Assembly: GCA_012295275.1 (NCBI GenBank)
Contig: CM022674.1
Location: 9,238,001-9,302,000, forward strand
DNA length: 64,000 bases
Reading direction: 5' to 3'
Source: Chrysomallon squamiferum
Lineage: Eukaryota > Animalia > Mollusca
The notes under the pieces were generated by a model. That model saw only the letters and a program-made list of their open reading frames with translations, did not search any database and had not been told where the DNA came from. Position numbers and translations under genes: made by a program. Shown here piece by piece: positions 34,501-48,000 of this stretch (positions are counted from its first letter, which is position 1; each line of letters starts with the position of its first letter).

Positions 34501-34923
34501 GAAACAACAAAGAAGGCAGTAAAGATGACGAAACAAGCAATGGCCAAAAATATAAAAGAGGGCACAGCATGGAGGGAAAGAGAAACAACAAAGAGGGTGG
34601 TAAAGACGAGAAAGAAAGCAATGGCCAAACAATCTACGAGGACACGGATTTCAGTAAGGTAGTTAAAATTTCCCTTTTCTGTAATAGTGTTGTTTATTTG
34701 ATTAACTGCTTCTGTTTTTGAATACTATTTATTAAAAAGTTAATTTTACTCTAAATAGTTTTGAAAACCTATATTTATTCAAAATACATTTACATCTAAT
34801 CTGGGTTTTTATTTTTTAATTATTATTATTTTTTAGACGGAGGTCTTTTTTCTTTATTATTTATTAAAATGAATTATATTTTAGTTTTCAGGTTCTTCAC
34901 TGAAAAATGGAAATAATAATTAA
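31557..34923 (+). CDS. Secreted repetitive prohormone-like precursor (putative GHSMK-amide family)
   Basis: Signal peptide MNPLVSLVLLTCVIVSPVVSFS; exons 31557-31749, 31880-31967 and 32099-~34655 join in frame (phases 1, 2) into the repeat ORF; terminal exon from 34892 (VLH* or SSLKNGNNN* depending on donor); frameshifts at ~33620-33800 and ~34115-34165 lie mostly in A runs. Confidence 0.8.
32270..34630 (+). repeat. Coding tandem array, ~31 units of 69 or 81 bp
   Basis: Core GGCACAGCATGAAGGGAAAGAGAAACAACAAAGA recurs at 69/81-bp spacing (23 or 27 codons). Confidence 0.97.
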
Positions 34924-35078
34924 TTCACTAGAATACTGTTACAAACTTTTATGCTATAAATATTACCTTCAAAGCCGCTACGTGTTTATCTTTTTGATTT
35001 TGTATTTCGAGATATAATTTGGTTTGTATGCAGAAAAGATATTAAAAATCAGCAATACCGTCATCACCATCATTTCTA

Positions 35079-35126
<48 letters not shown>

Positions 35127-37318
35127 TATAATTATAATGTCATTGAAATAAATTCAATAATTCTGCTTTTTTTCTTTATAAAGTACAGTTTAAAGTCAGT
35201 TTTTAGACATTTAATATTAATATTAAGTTAAGATTAGGCACTGGTTTAATTTTAATTATAGTTTTGAAAAAGTTACATCAGCCAAATTCTAAACCCTTTT
35301 CCCGCCTCTGCATAAATATTACTTGTATAAAACAGAAAAGTGAGAAATAGCTTTTCTAGATCAAGTGTTTAAGAATACAGAGCATTATGTCTGAACAAAT
35401 ATAATGATTTATCTTATGGATTTCCTATACATCTGTGATTCCATAAAACTTTTGAACAATACGAGCTGAAATGTCAAAAAGGTCCATGCATATCACTGAA
35501 CCACTAATTTTTAATTAAATTCCCAACAAGGAAAAAAAAAAAAAAAAAAAACTGCAAGAAAGAAATCAGGTTGCGGAAATATCTATGATACTATAAATCA
35601 GAATTATCATTAGAAAAAATAAATTACGTTTTACATATAATATATTTTTAAAAACGTTGGTTATATGATTTAAATAAAATAAAATAAAATAATTAGAAAA
35701 GGTTTCTAAACTCTGGTAGTATGATTGAAAAACAGCGTTATTATTACTATTATTATTATTATTCGAGTACTTTCACAAAAAACAATAATAAAATGTAACT
35801 AAACATTATATATATATAATTTTGACAAAATTGGCTGTGAACGCTTGAATTCAAACGACCATATCTAAGCATCCAATTGATTAATTTTGTTTAAATGGGT
35901 GATTTAAGAAGGATTCAAAAAATATATTCTTTTTTTTTTTTTTTTTTTATCTAGGGATAATTTAAAAAGTGATGATCTTTTGACTTTTATTTTGACCTTG
36001 TTGTTAAGCTGTCCTTGAAATAAATTTACTACACAATATAAACGGAAATGGATTTCTGAAATTTCTTGTTGAAATGAAGTTGCAGTATGCATATCTGAAC
36101 CTAACGTTAGAATGGCTGTGAATTTTCAGCAAAATAGTATGGGTTGAGGTTTATTCCATTGTATGATATGACTTGGTATTACCCAAAGAGTGCAGAAATT
36201 TGTTATATAATATATAACTCTGGTAAAAGAAAAAAAAGAAAAAGAAAATAAAATACATTTACTTTTCTAGTCTACTTTTGCATGAAGATTAGAAATATGG
36301 AGTATAAAAAGCCATGACTTCAATTTAATATAATTATTAGAGTTTAGAAAAATGGTTATTTGCAGCAATACTGGTCGAACGATACATAAAACAATATACC
36401 TTGAAAATATACAAAATATAGTTAAAATAGGTGGGGTTTTTTCCCCCATTTCCACCAGCACAGAATAATTGTGTCGGATGTGGAAATATTTAATTAAAAG
36501 TGTTTTTTTCGGTCGTTTCTGGATAACCTTTAGAAGCTTATTATAGAGGTGTTAAACACCAGAGTAACAGTATCGGTGACTTGTTGCTGTTTTATTTTTT
36601 CATGGAATTATTAATCCATATTTAATTGTCATAACATCTGCTGTGATCTTCGATATTGTCAACATCTTCAACGACACGTGATTCGTATATTACATCAAAC
36701 AGTCAGACAATCTATAATAAATCAATACATTTTATTTGCTGATCGACATAATTATAATAATCGAATTAAAATAATACAAATAACAACAACAACAACAACA
36801 ATAATAATAATGTAGTAATAGTAATGCAGTAAAAGAAAGTTGTTGTAGTAGTTATAAAACCACTGTTAGCAGTAGTGGTAAAGACAGTAGTTGGTATTAG
36901 TAGTAGAATTTTAGATGAATGCATTTACCTGTTGGTTTCGTTTGGTGAAAAACCAGATCATAATCGTCGAATTAACATCGAGCGTGATTCAAATAAAAAG
37001 AACAGTCTTCAAGACAAACACAAACTGATTTGTAATGGATAAATAATATAAATATATAAATATAAACAATAAATTTAAAAAAACATTTTTTCAACATTTG
37101 AGCGCAGAGATGTCCTATTTTATTTGCAAAATTAAGATAAGAATAAACAAAGATAAAGAGAGACATTAGTGATGAACTAACAGCATAATGGTGAGTTGAA
37201 ACTTAATACTAATAAACGTGACACCAAATGTGGTTGAGGGATAAATGCAGACAGAAAGACATTTCAAAATCTCACTTTGCATGCCTTTTCCTGAGCAAAA
37301 TTTGTAACCAATTCAGCT
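34855..37318 (+). repeat. Segmental duplication block A (copy A' at 40663-43141)
   Basis: Near-identical ~2.46 kb; visible differences mostly in homopolymer and microsatellite lengths. Confidence 0.97.
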
Positions 37319-40300
37319 GAAAAAGTGTGATCCATTCCTGTCATTTTGGAGCATAATGTGATAAACAGTGAATATCTCATGTAGCTTCAATCCACTATAC
37401 ATATATTATAAATCGAATAAAGCATTTTATGAGTTTTAAACAAGTTACTATAACTCATGAATTTTAATTTTTTAATGAACCAATTTATTGTACACCAGTG
37501 TTTGTCAACAGAAGTGTGAGCCAATCAGAAAGCACTGTTGATGTCATGTGACCTGAACTGACTTGTCATTATCCATCCTCTGAAGCATGGGCTTTGAGTC
37601 CATGTTACATCCGCAATATTTTGCTCACAACCATAAAATTGTTGAAATTAAGCACAATAGTAGTTAATAAGCATATCTATACTGCAAACATATTTTGACT
37701 GTTAGACGCCCAAGATTTTTCCAGTGACTGGTGACTTTGTTGACATTTTCAGAAATATCTTTACATCAATAATTTGATAAACTTCTTGATTAATAATAAA
37801 AAATAGATAGAGGTGGTAGAGGGTTTAGCAATGTGTTAAGATAACTGGGGTTTCACAATGTATGATATGGAAATGAAATGATATTAACATAGCTTTGAAA
37901 TTTACCACAGTAAACAGAATTACTCATTTAGCTAAATAAACATTGTCTCTTGTGGAACAGAAAACAAAAAATGCTGTGGACTAAATTCAATAAATTCATT
38001 GGGAAGAGATATTTATTCCTAATAAGCACAGAACACATTTATTTCTGTTACAAAAATAAAGGAGTTGATTGAATGATGATAGCTTTCAAAGGATAAATGA
38101 CTTCAGTTAAAAGCTCAGAGCTTTCTTCCACAAATAGTCAAATACAACTCAGAAATGCTGTGTTTGTGTGTATGTCAACATTTACAGCCTTTTTTTTCAT
38201 GAGAGGCAAGATGCCTTGTATAATTGGGATTTTGAGTATAGTAGAGCTGTGTGAATCATGGGACCAACAAATAAGTTCAGTTTACAGAAGTTTCACTGTG
38301 TCTTGAAATATTCAATATCTCAAAGGAAGTTACATCAGCATTTAGTATCATACAAATGTTTCTAATTATGAACAGTCAATGAAAGCATTTTTTTGAAAAA
38401 TTTGTTGAATAGATGTAAAAGAATATTTTTTTTCAGATCTTGGTTTTGAGCTGACATTCAAAACAGCTGATGATGCTGGATTAGCTCTAGTTAAATATGG
38501 AGAATTTCTCTATGAAAACCTTGTATTGTTTTCACCATCAGTTCAAGGTATGTTCCAAATATTTATTATTTTATATTTAATATTTAATAACAGTATTTGC
38601 AAACTGTATTTTCACTGACAGTGTTTTACTAGATCCACAGTCCATCCCATATTCATGAAATTGTAAACTTACTAGTGTAGTAAAGAGACAGAAATTATGC
38701 TTTCAGAAAGAAGTCATAACTAAAGAATGAGTTCTATCTTGTTACCTTTTCAGAGTTCATTTAATGAATACAGTTAGTAAGAATTAGTTTCCTCCCTCCC
38801 ACCATGTATGCCAGTATTTTGACTGGACCTGTTAAAAATTGTTCTAAAAAGTTATTATTAATATGTCAGAATATTTTATCCATCCATTCAGAATAATTTA
38901 CATTCTACTATTGTTAACATTATTTATATTTAAAAATAGTAAATTTCACTTCTTCTTTTTCCATAGAGTTTGGTGGTTCTATTGACATTCCGGCTATAAC
39001 AAATTTCATTGATGGTGGAGGAAATGTATTGGTTGCAGCAAGTTCTTCTATAGGTTTGTTGAATTTATATTCATTTAGTCATTACTTTCATTTAGTTAGA
39101 CAATTTAGATTAAACCTTATTTTTCAAATATTTACTTATATTTGCAATGAAAGGTTATTCTGATGATAGATTTATCTGCTCATTTTTTTTGATATCATGT
39201 CTTGAAGGTGATTGTATCATAATTATTTTAGTAATATGCTGTACTGTAAAAATGATTTATAACTACAGTAAAACCTGTCAAAACACAGAATTGTGCTGTT
39301 TCCTTTAAAATGGCCATATTTCTCTGAATTTTGGTTTGTATAAACTGGACAGAATTAAATTAACCTCAAATAACTACTCTTTAGTAGTTGTATGAATGAA
39401 TTCTTGATTTGTACATCTGTTGTGTGTGTATAGCATGTTTGCCTTTATTGTTTTTATGAAGGAGCAGAAATACTTCACTTCCATATAGAAATGTATCTCA
39501 TAAACATATAAACATATAACTCATTTTAATTCAACAAATAAATTAGTACATATTATATTTTTAATTAATATAAACATGGTAAAAGTAATGTTTATTTACA
39601 ATTAGTGGAGGTGCTGAAATGTTTCTATTCCATGGAGATATAGAATCAGTTAAATTTGTAAATTATCTTTAATATAAATGTGGAAAAGTAATATTTATTA
39701 TGAAAACTTATAAACGTTTTGCATGTCTCATCCAAGAAATCTTTGTTTCTTTACATAAAAATCTATCATAGCTGAAGTAGAAAAGGAAACAAGGAAACAT
39801 TTGTATATTTTATTAATAAACTTTATAATTACTGTAAAACTGAATATTTATTATGTATTTGCTTGTGTATGTACAGGTGATCCATTCTTGTGAGTTGGCC
39901 ACTGAGTGTGGAGTTGAATTTGATGAAGAGAAAACAGCTGTGATTGATCATCTCAACTATGATAAAGCTGATACTGGACATGTAAGAGTTTTATATTGCC
40001 ACTAGCAAAGTTCACCAATATTCATATTGATAAAGATATAAGCATACATGGAAGATTATGTAATTTGTTGTATTTTCAGTTATCATTATTTTCTTATGAT
40101 GAAACTGAAAAGAAGTCTAAAATAAATATGATTATTCAATAATGTTCTGATCTGTACATAAGAGGCTTTCCTTGCTTATTTTGTGTGGATTTTTTTTTTG
40201 TCTGTTGCAACCCATTTTATTTAGTTACTTACTAATGAATTGCTATTCAGATTGAAAAACCCTGCCCTAGATCATTCTAAGGATAGTCTTGACTGAATAA

Positions 40301-40666
40301 AGATTTACTTTCATCAAAATTTTCTAAATTGTTTATGATGTCATTTTTCCAAGATTAGAGTGTGCTAATTGTATGACACAAATCTACAGTTTTCACATAA
40401 CAAAGTCTCCCTTTTTTATGGACATCCTGTTTACAATATTTGGAAGATAAATCCTGGCAAAAATACTATCCCCCCAATAATGTCATCTTGATCTTGACTT
40501 ACAGAAAATTATAATATAAAAAAACTATTTACCAGCTGTATAGGATCCAAGGACTAAATGGCAATGCTTTAAAGTTAAAATATTTTCACAACAGTTTTTA
40601 AATTTTTTTAATTTTCTATTAATTTCAAAGGTTTATATATTTTCACTTTAAGATTACTCAAGTATT
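37317..40666 (+). repeat. Segmental duplication block B (copy B' at 45603-48954)
   Basis: Near-identical ~3.35 kb from CTGAAAAAGTGTGATCC to GATTACTCAAGTATT. Confidence 0.97.
38437..39981 (+). pseudogene. DDOST: Orphan duplicate of DDOST exons 2-4
   Basis: Exons 38437-38547, 38967-39053, 39877-39981; no exon 1 or promoter; exon 4 reads CCATTCTTGTGAG versus CCATTGCGCGAG in the intact gene (+1 nt, TGA at 39891). Confidence 0.85.
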
Positions 40667-40889
40667 ATTTATTAAAATGAATTATATTTTAGTTTTCAGG
40701 TTCTTCACTGAAAAATGGAAATAATAATTAATTCACTAGAATACTGTTACAAACTTTTATGCTATAAATATTACCTTCAAAGCCGCTCACGTGTTTATCT
40801 TTTTTTGATTTTGTATTTCGAGATATAATTTGGTTTGTATGCAGAAAAGATATTAAAAATCAGCAATACCGTCATCACCATCATTTCTA

Positions 40890-40937
<48 letters not shown>

Positions 40938-43141
40938 TATAATTATAATGTCATTGAAATAAATTCAATAATTCTGCTTTTTTTCTTTATAAAGTACAGT
41001 TTAAAGTCAGTTTTTAGACATTTAATATTAATATTAAGTTAAGATTAGGCACTGGTTTAATTTTAATTATAGTTTTGAAAAAGTTACATCAGCCAAATTC
41101 TAAACCCTTTTCCCGCCTCTGCATAAATATTACTTGTATAAAACAGAAAAGTGAGAAATAGTTTTTCTAGATCAAGTGTTTAAGAATACAGAGCATTATG
41201 TCTGAACAAATATAATGATATATCTTATGGATTTCCTATACATCTGTGATTCCATAAAACTTTTGAACAATACGAGCTGAAATGTCAAAAAGGTCCATGC
41301 ATATCACTGAACCACTAATTTTTAATTAAATTCCCAACAAGGAAAAAAAAAAAAAAAAAAAAAAAAAACCGACTGCAAGAAAGAAATCAGGTTGCGGAAA
41401 TATCTATGATACTATAAATCAGAATTATCATTAGAAAAAATAAATTACGTTTTACATATAATATATTTTTAAAAACGTTGGTTATATGATTTAAATAAAA
41501 TAAAATAAAATAATTAGAAAAGGTTTCTAAACTCTGGTAGTATGATTGAAAAACAGCGTTATTATTACTATTATTATTATTATTCGAGTACTTTCACAAA
41601 AACAATAATAAAATGTAACTAAACATATATATATATAATTTTGACAAAATTGGCTGTGAACGCTTGAATTCAAACGACCATATCTAAGCATCCAATTGAT
41701 TAATTTTGTTTAAATGGGTGATTTAAGAAGGATTCAAAAATATATTCTTTTTTTTTTTTTTTTTTTTTTATCTAGGGATAATTTAAAAAGTGATGATCTT
41801 TTGACTTTTATTTTGACCTTGTTGTTAAGCTGTCCTTGAAATAAATTTACTACACAATATAAACGGAAATGGATTTCTGAAATTTCTTGTTGAAATGAAG
41901 TTGCAGTATGCATATCTGAACCTAACGTTAGAATGGCTGTGAATTTTCAGCAAAATAGTATGGGTTGAGGTTTATTCCATTGTATGATATGACTTGGTAT
42001 TACCCAAAGAGTGCAGAAATTTGTTATATAATATATAACTCTGGTAAAAGAAAAAAAAAAAAAGAAAATAAAATACATTTACTTTTCTAGTCTACTTTTG
42101 CATGAAGATTAGAAATATGGAGTATAAAAAGCCATGACTTCAATTTAATATAATTATTAGAGTTTAGAAAAATGGTTATTTGCAGCAATACTGGTCGAAC
42201 GATACATAAAACAATATACCTTGAAAATATACAAAATATAGTTAAAATAGGTGGGGTTTTTCCCCCATTTCCACCAGCACAGAATAATTGTGTCGGATGT
42301 GGAAATATTTAATTAAAAGTGTTTTTTTCGGTCGTTTCTGGATAACCTTTAGAAGCTTATTATAGAGGTGTTAAACACCAGAGTAACAGTATCGGTGACT
42401 TGTTGCTGTTTTATTTTTTCATGGAATTATTAATCCATATTTAATTGTCATAACATCTGCTGTGATCTTCGATATTGTCAACATCTTCAACGACACGTGA
42501 TTCGTATATTACATCAAACAGTCAGACAATCTATAATAAATCAATACATTTTATTTGCTGATCGACATAATTATAATAATCGAATTAAAATAATACAAAT
42601 AAATAACAACAACAACAACAACAATAATAATAATGTAGTAATAGTAATGCAGTAAAAGAAAGTTGTTGTAGTAGTTATAAAACCACTGTTAGCAGTAGTG
42701 GTAAAGACAGTAGTTGGTATTAGTAGTAGAATTTTAGATGAATGCATTTACCTGTTGGTTTCGTTTGGTGAAAAACCAGATCATAATCGTCGAATTAACA
42801 TCGAGCGTGATTCAAATAAAAAGAACAGTCTTCAAGACAAACACAAACTGATTTGTAATGGATAAATAATATAAATATATAAATATAAACAATAAATTTA
42901 AAAAAACATTTTTTCAACATTTGAGCGCAGAGATGTCCTATTTTATTTGCAAAATTAAGATAAGAATAAACAAAGATAAAGAGAGACATTAGTGATGAAC
43001 TAACAGCATAATGGTGAGTTGAAACTTAATACTAATAAACGTGACACCAAATGTGGTTGAGGGATAAATGCAGACAGAAAGACATTTCAAAATCTCACTT
43101 TGCATGCCTTTTCCTGAGCAAAATTTGTAACCAATTCAGCT
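40663..43141 (+). repeat. Segmental duplication block A'
   Basis: Copy of 34855-37318, including the precursor gene's putative terminal exon and the hAT 3' tail. Confidence 0.97.
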
Positions 43142-44200
43142 AAATCAAGTGATGAAGCCTGAGCATGTTCAGTTGATATTGTTGATATTCTTTTGCAACA
43201 TTGTAGAACGAATGTAAGATTTTATAAGGCTGAGCTTTGAGAAACTATGCTCACCACTTGCCACTGATACTGGAAGTGTGAAAAGGATCCTGGATGCAAT
43301 AGCAACATTTGTGAAATTATCCAAAGTTTTTGTTGAAGTGTGAAAAGTAGTACTTCTTTTGGTGGCATAGCCTTCGAGCTATGGCTAATAGCTCACAGCA
43401 TAGATATTCAGCATCAGTATCTTTGTTTCCATTATGCTCCAAAGATTTTTCCAACTTCTTGCAGCCCTGAATTATATCATCAGTAGATTTATCGTTTACT
43501 TTTGTATACATTATACAGAAAGCCAAATTATAATTGTCCAGCTGTAGAAATCTCTCAACACATTGTATGGCCATGTCTAAAATTGCATAATAAAATCGTA
43601 CTTTAAACTTGTTTTGGATATTGTGGTGCCTGTTCTTGGGCATCATTTTCAAACTGCCGTTTCTTTCTCATGGTTCTAATTCGATCTGTTTCAAAGTCTG
43701 GCACTACCTCTAGTTCATTTGCATACACCAAAACCTTTTCCGACCTGCAGTCCAAAAGATATTTCTTAACTGTCCGCAACTGTCTGGTAGCTGCATTTAA
43801 ATCAGCTTCCTGAATTAGTAGTACCTTGTTTGTAAGGTGACTTCAAACATGATGTTGTACCATATAACACGTAATACTACAAATCTGAACTTACTGATTG
43901 CACCAGCAAGGGTCTTGGCTTGATATCGAGAATTATTGCCAGAGGGACCTGTTAAACATGTATCATTAAAGATCTGATCAGAGCATCAGATATACCACCT
44001 ATATGATATTTTAGTGGCTTAAGAGATTCTATCCGACTCTCCCATCTCGTTTCACACAAAACTTTAACAGTGATATCCAAGTCTGATATATATGACTGGT
44101 TAGAATTTGCCAACGCTTAATTTGATGAAGAGAAGTAGTTATAGATCTGTCCAGCGATACTGAAGAAAGAATTTCTCTGGACGAACGTATTTCAGGAAGA
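43087..44200 (-). mobile_element. Degenerate hAT transposase remnant (ZMYM1-like/hAT dimerisation domain)
   Basis: Minus-strand fragments VKVLCETRWESRIESLKPL (~44020-44075), FYYAILDMAIQ..ERF, FTNVAIASRILFTLPVSVASGEHSFSKLSLIKSYIRSTM (43203-43315) and AELVTNFAQEKACKVRF*; several frameshifts and stops. Confidence 0.85.
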
Positions 44201-45099
44201 ACCCCTCTTCCTCTGCTAGCCCCTTAATTTGTTCTGCTTTTCATTTCCGGTACTGGGCTCCATTGGGTTTTGGGTTTTTTTTTTTTTTAACGCATCGGCA
44301 CCTTCAAAAATATAAACATTTGTATTTTGTTTAGCGAATATTTAAATGTATTCATTGTAACAGAACAGTAATATCTTTCAGCAAATATAATTATAATCTT
44401 TTGAATAATTTTAACTTTGGAATAGCTATTGCAGTTATTTCGACTTCACAGATAAATAAATATATCTTACCATATAAGATAATATTAAATAAATTCTCCA
44501 TGAATCTGTCTTATAATCTGCTAGAGCCAGGACGTTAATTATTGATTTCATAAATTTCAAGAGAGTTATTTGTTCAGTAAAAATTTGTTTCGTTAACTGC
44601 TTTTGGTAAAGGCAGTTTGTTTAAAGAAAGTCAGTTAGTTTTTTCACTTAAGGCTGAATATATCTCGAAATTCGATTCGGGAAAGAGGAATGCAGCTTTC
44701 CTTAGATAGAGAATAAATGTATTGTTTGAAAACATGAAAATTTAACTGAAAAAATTATAGCATACAGATTAATTAGTTGCCCTAATAATAATAAATATAG
44801 CTGTATTTTACACTTCCTCTGTCATTGTCTCACACTGATTTGTCTACGACCATGATGCTTTCCAGCCTATAGGCTGATAGCCCTTGCCAGAATTTAGCAC
44901 ACAAAGAAGCGAGGCGGATTTTCTTTCTAATATTGTCTATAATGTTATACATGTATATCATTCTGTCAAAACTGATACAGTTTTAATGTTCAGCTTGCTT
45001 TGGAAAGCTAATAATTAAATTTTTTAGAAGCATTTTAGTTTACATATTTGTGTAGGTGCTCTAATCATGTGGGAGGAAGTAAAAGGATAAAAATAAAAG

Positions 45100-48000
45100 A
45101 TGGGAGGCGTGAAGCTTTTGGTTGTTGTAGGCATTTTGTTATTAGCTAAGGTTTATGCGGGTAATAAACGCACTTTAGTGTTGGTTGACAACTGGTCCAT
45201 AAGGGAGACACATTCAACATTTTTTAGATCTTTAAGAGGTAATATTGTTTTAATACTGTTTATAATAGATTAGGTACTTGTAGGCTGGTAAAAATGGTGC
45301 CACGTTGTGAGGGAGCAATCATTATTAAAAATGTACATGGTTAGGAAATAAAATCACAATGAATTAGTACTTGAGCAGTTTCTTTGGTTAAAAAATATTA
45401 ATAATTAAATGGAAAGAACCTTTGTAAGACATGGACAAATTGGTTCAAATGACAAACGTTTTTATTAAATTGACAAAATATTCAAAATTATTAATTTCCT
45501 AAAACATTATACATCATTGGAAAGAGCAAAAAATTACTATTGAAATGACACCATGATCTCATTGATAGCATTGATATGAAAATATTTTTTCTTCATAATC
45601 TACTGAAAAAGTGTGATCCATTCCTGTCATTTTGGAGCATAATGTGATAAACAGTGAATATCTCATGTAGCTTCAATCCACTATACATATATTATAAATC
45701 GAATAAAGCATTTTATGAGTTTTAAACAAGTTACTATAACTCATGAATTTTAATTTTTTAATGAACCAATTTATTGTACACCAGTGTTTGTCAACAGAAG
45801 TGTGAGCCAATCAGAAAGCACTGTTGATGTCATGTGATCTGAACTGACTTGTCATTATCCATCCTCTGAAGCATGGGCTTTGAGTCCATGTTACATCCGC
45901 AATATTTTGCTCACAACCATAAAATTGTTGAAATTAAGCACAATAGTAGTTAATAAGCATATCTATACTGCAAACATATTTTGACTGTTAGACGCCCAAG
46001 ATTTTTCCAGTGACTGGTGACTTTGTTGACATTTTCAGAAATATCTTTACATCAATAATTTGATAAACTTCTTGATTAATAATAAAAAATAGATAGAGGT
46101 GGCAGAGGGTTTAGCAATGTGTTAAGATAACTGGGGTTTCACAATGTATGATATGGATATGAAATGATATTAACATAGCTTTGAAATTTACCACAGTAAA
46201 CAGAATTACTCATTTAGCTAAATAAACATTGTCTCTTGTGGAACAGAAAACAAAAAATGCTGTGGACTAAATTCAATAAATTCATTGGGAAGAGATATTT
46301 ATTCCTAATAAGCACAGAACACATTTATTTCTGTTACAAAAATAAAGGAGTTGATTGAATGATGATAGCTTTCAAAGGATAAATGACTTCAGTTAAAAGC
46401 TCAGAGCTTTCTTCCACAAATAGTCAAATACAACTCAGAAATGCTATGTGTTTGTGTGTATGTCAACATTTACAGCCTTTTTTTTCATGAGAGGCAAGAT
46501 GCCTTGTATAATTGGGATTTTGAGTATAGTAGAGCTGTGTGAATCATGGGACCAACAAATAAGTTCAGTTTACAGAAGTTTCACTGTGTCTTGAAATATT
46601 CAATATCTCAAAGGAAGTTACATCAGCATTTAGTATCATACAAATGTTTCTAATTATGAACAGTCAATGAAAGCATTTTTTTGAAAAATTTGTTGAATAG
46701 ATGTAAAAGAATATTTTTTTTCAGATCTTGGTTTTGAGCTGACATTCAAAACAGCTGATGATGCTGGATTAGCTCTAGTTAAATATGGAGAATTTCTCTA
46801 TGAAAACCTTGTATTGTTTTCACCATCAGTTCAAGGTATGTTCCAAATATTTATTATTTTATATTTAATATTTAATAACAGTATTTGCAAACTGTATTTT
46901 CACTGACAGTGTTTTACTAGATCCACAGTCCATCCCATATTCATGAAATTGTAAACTTACTAGTGTAGTAAAGAGACAGAAATTATGCTTTCAGAAAGAA
47001 GTCATAACTAAAGAATGAGTTCTATCTTGTTACCTTTTCAGAGTTCATTTAATGAATACAGTTAGTAAGAATTAGTTTCCTCCCTCCCACCATGTATGCC
47101 AGTATTTTGACTGGACCTGTTAAAAATTGTTCTAAAAAGTTATTATTAATATGTCAGAATATTTTATCCATCCATTCAGAATAATTTACATTCTACTATT
47201 GTTAACATTATTTATATTTAAAAATAGTAAATTTCACTTCTTCTTTTTCCATAGAGTTTGGTGGTTCTATTGACATTCCGGCTATAACAAATTTCATTGA
47301 TGGTGGAGGAAATGTATTGGTTGCAGCAAGTTCTTCTATAGGTTTGTTGAATTTATATTCATTTAGTCATTACTTTCATTTAGTTAGACAATTTAGATTA
47401 AACCTTATTTTTCAAATATTTACTTATATTTGCAATGAAAGGTTATTCTGATGATAGATTTATCTGCTCATTTTTTTTGATATCATGTCTTGAAGGTGAT
47501 TGTATCATAATTATTTTAGTAATATGCTGTACTGTAAAAATGATTTATAACTACAGTAAAACCTGTCAAAACACAGAATTGTGCTGTTTCCTTTAAAAAT
47601 GGCCATATTTCTCTGAATTTTGGTTTGTATAAACTGGACAGAATTAAATTAACCTCAAATAACTACTCTTTAGTAGTTGTATGAATGAATTCTTGATTTG
47701 TACATCTGTTGTGTGTGTATAGCATGTTTGCCTTTATTGTTTTTATGAAGGAGCAGAAATATTTCACTTCCATATAGAAATGTATCTCATAAACATATAA
47801 ACATATAACTCATTTTAATTCAACAAATAAATTAGTACATATTATATTTTTAATTAATATAAACATGGTAAAAGTAATGTTTATTTACAATTAGTGGAGG
47901 TGCTGAAATGTTTCTATTCCATGGAGATATAGAATCAGTTAAATTTGTAAATTATCTTTAATATAAATGTGGAAAAGTAATATTTATTATGAAAACTTAT

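Noticed and set aside
32270-34630. Repeat array as a CRISPR locus
   Set aside because: Inter-repeat segments are homologous rather than unique spacers, unit lengths are codon multiples, the context is eukaryotic and there are no cas genes.
32181-34632. Long hydrophobic minus-strand ORFs (529, 239, 183 aa) resembling multi-pass membrane proteins
   Set aside because: Antisense shadows of the purine-rich coding repeat; the signal peptide and splice structure are on the plus strand.
35950-37030. Exon-like minus-strand segments in block A with plausible splice sites
   Set aside because: Stops in all frames and no recognisable homology; cannot support a gene call.
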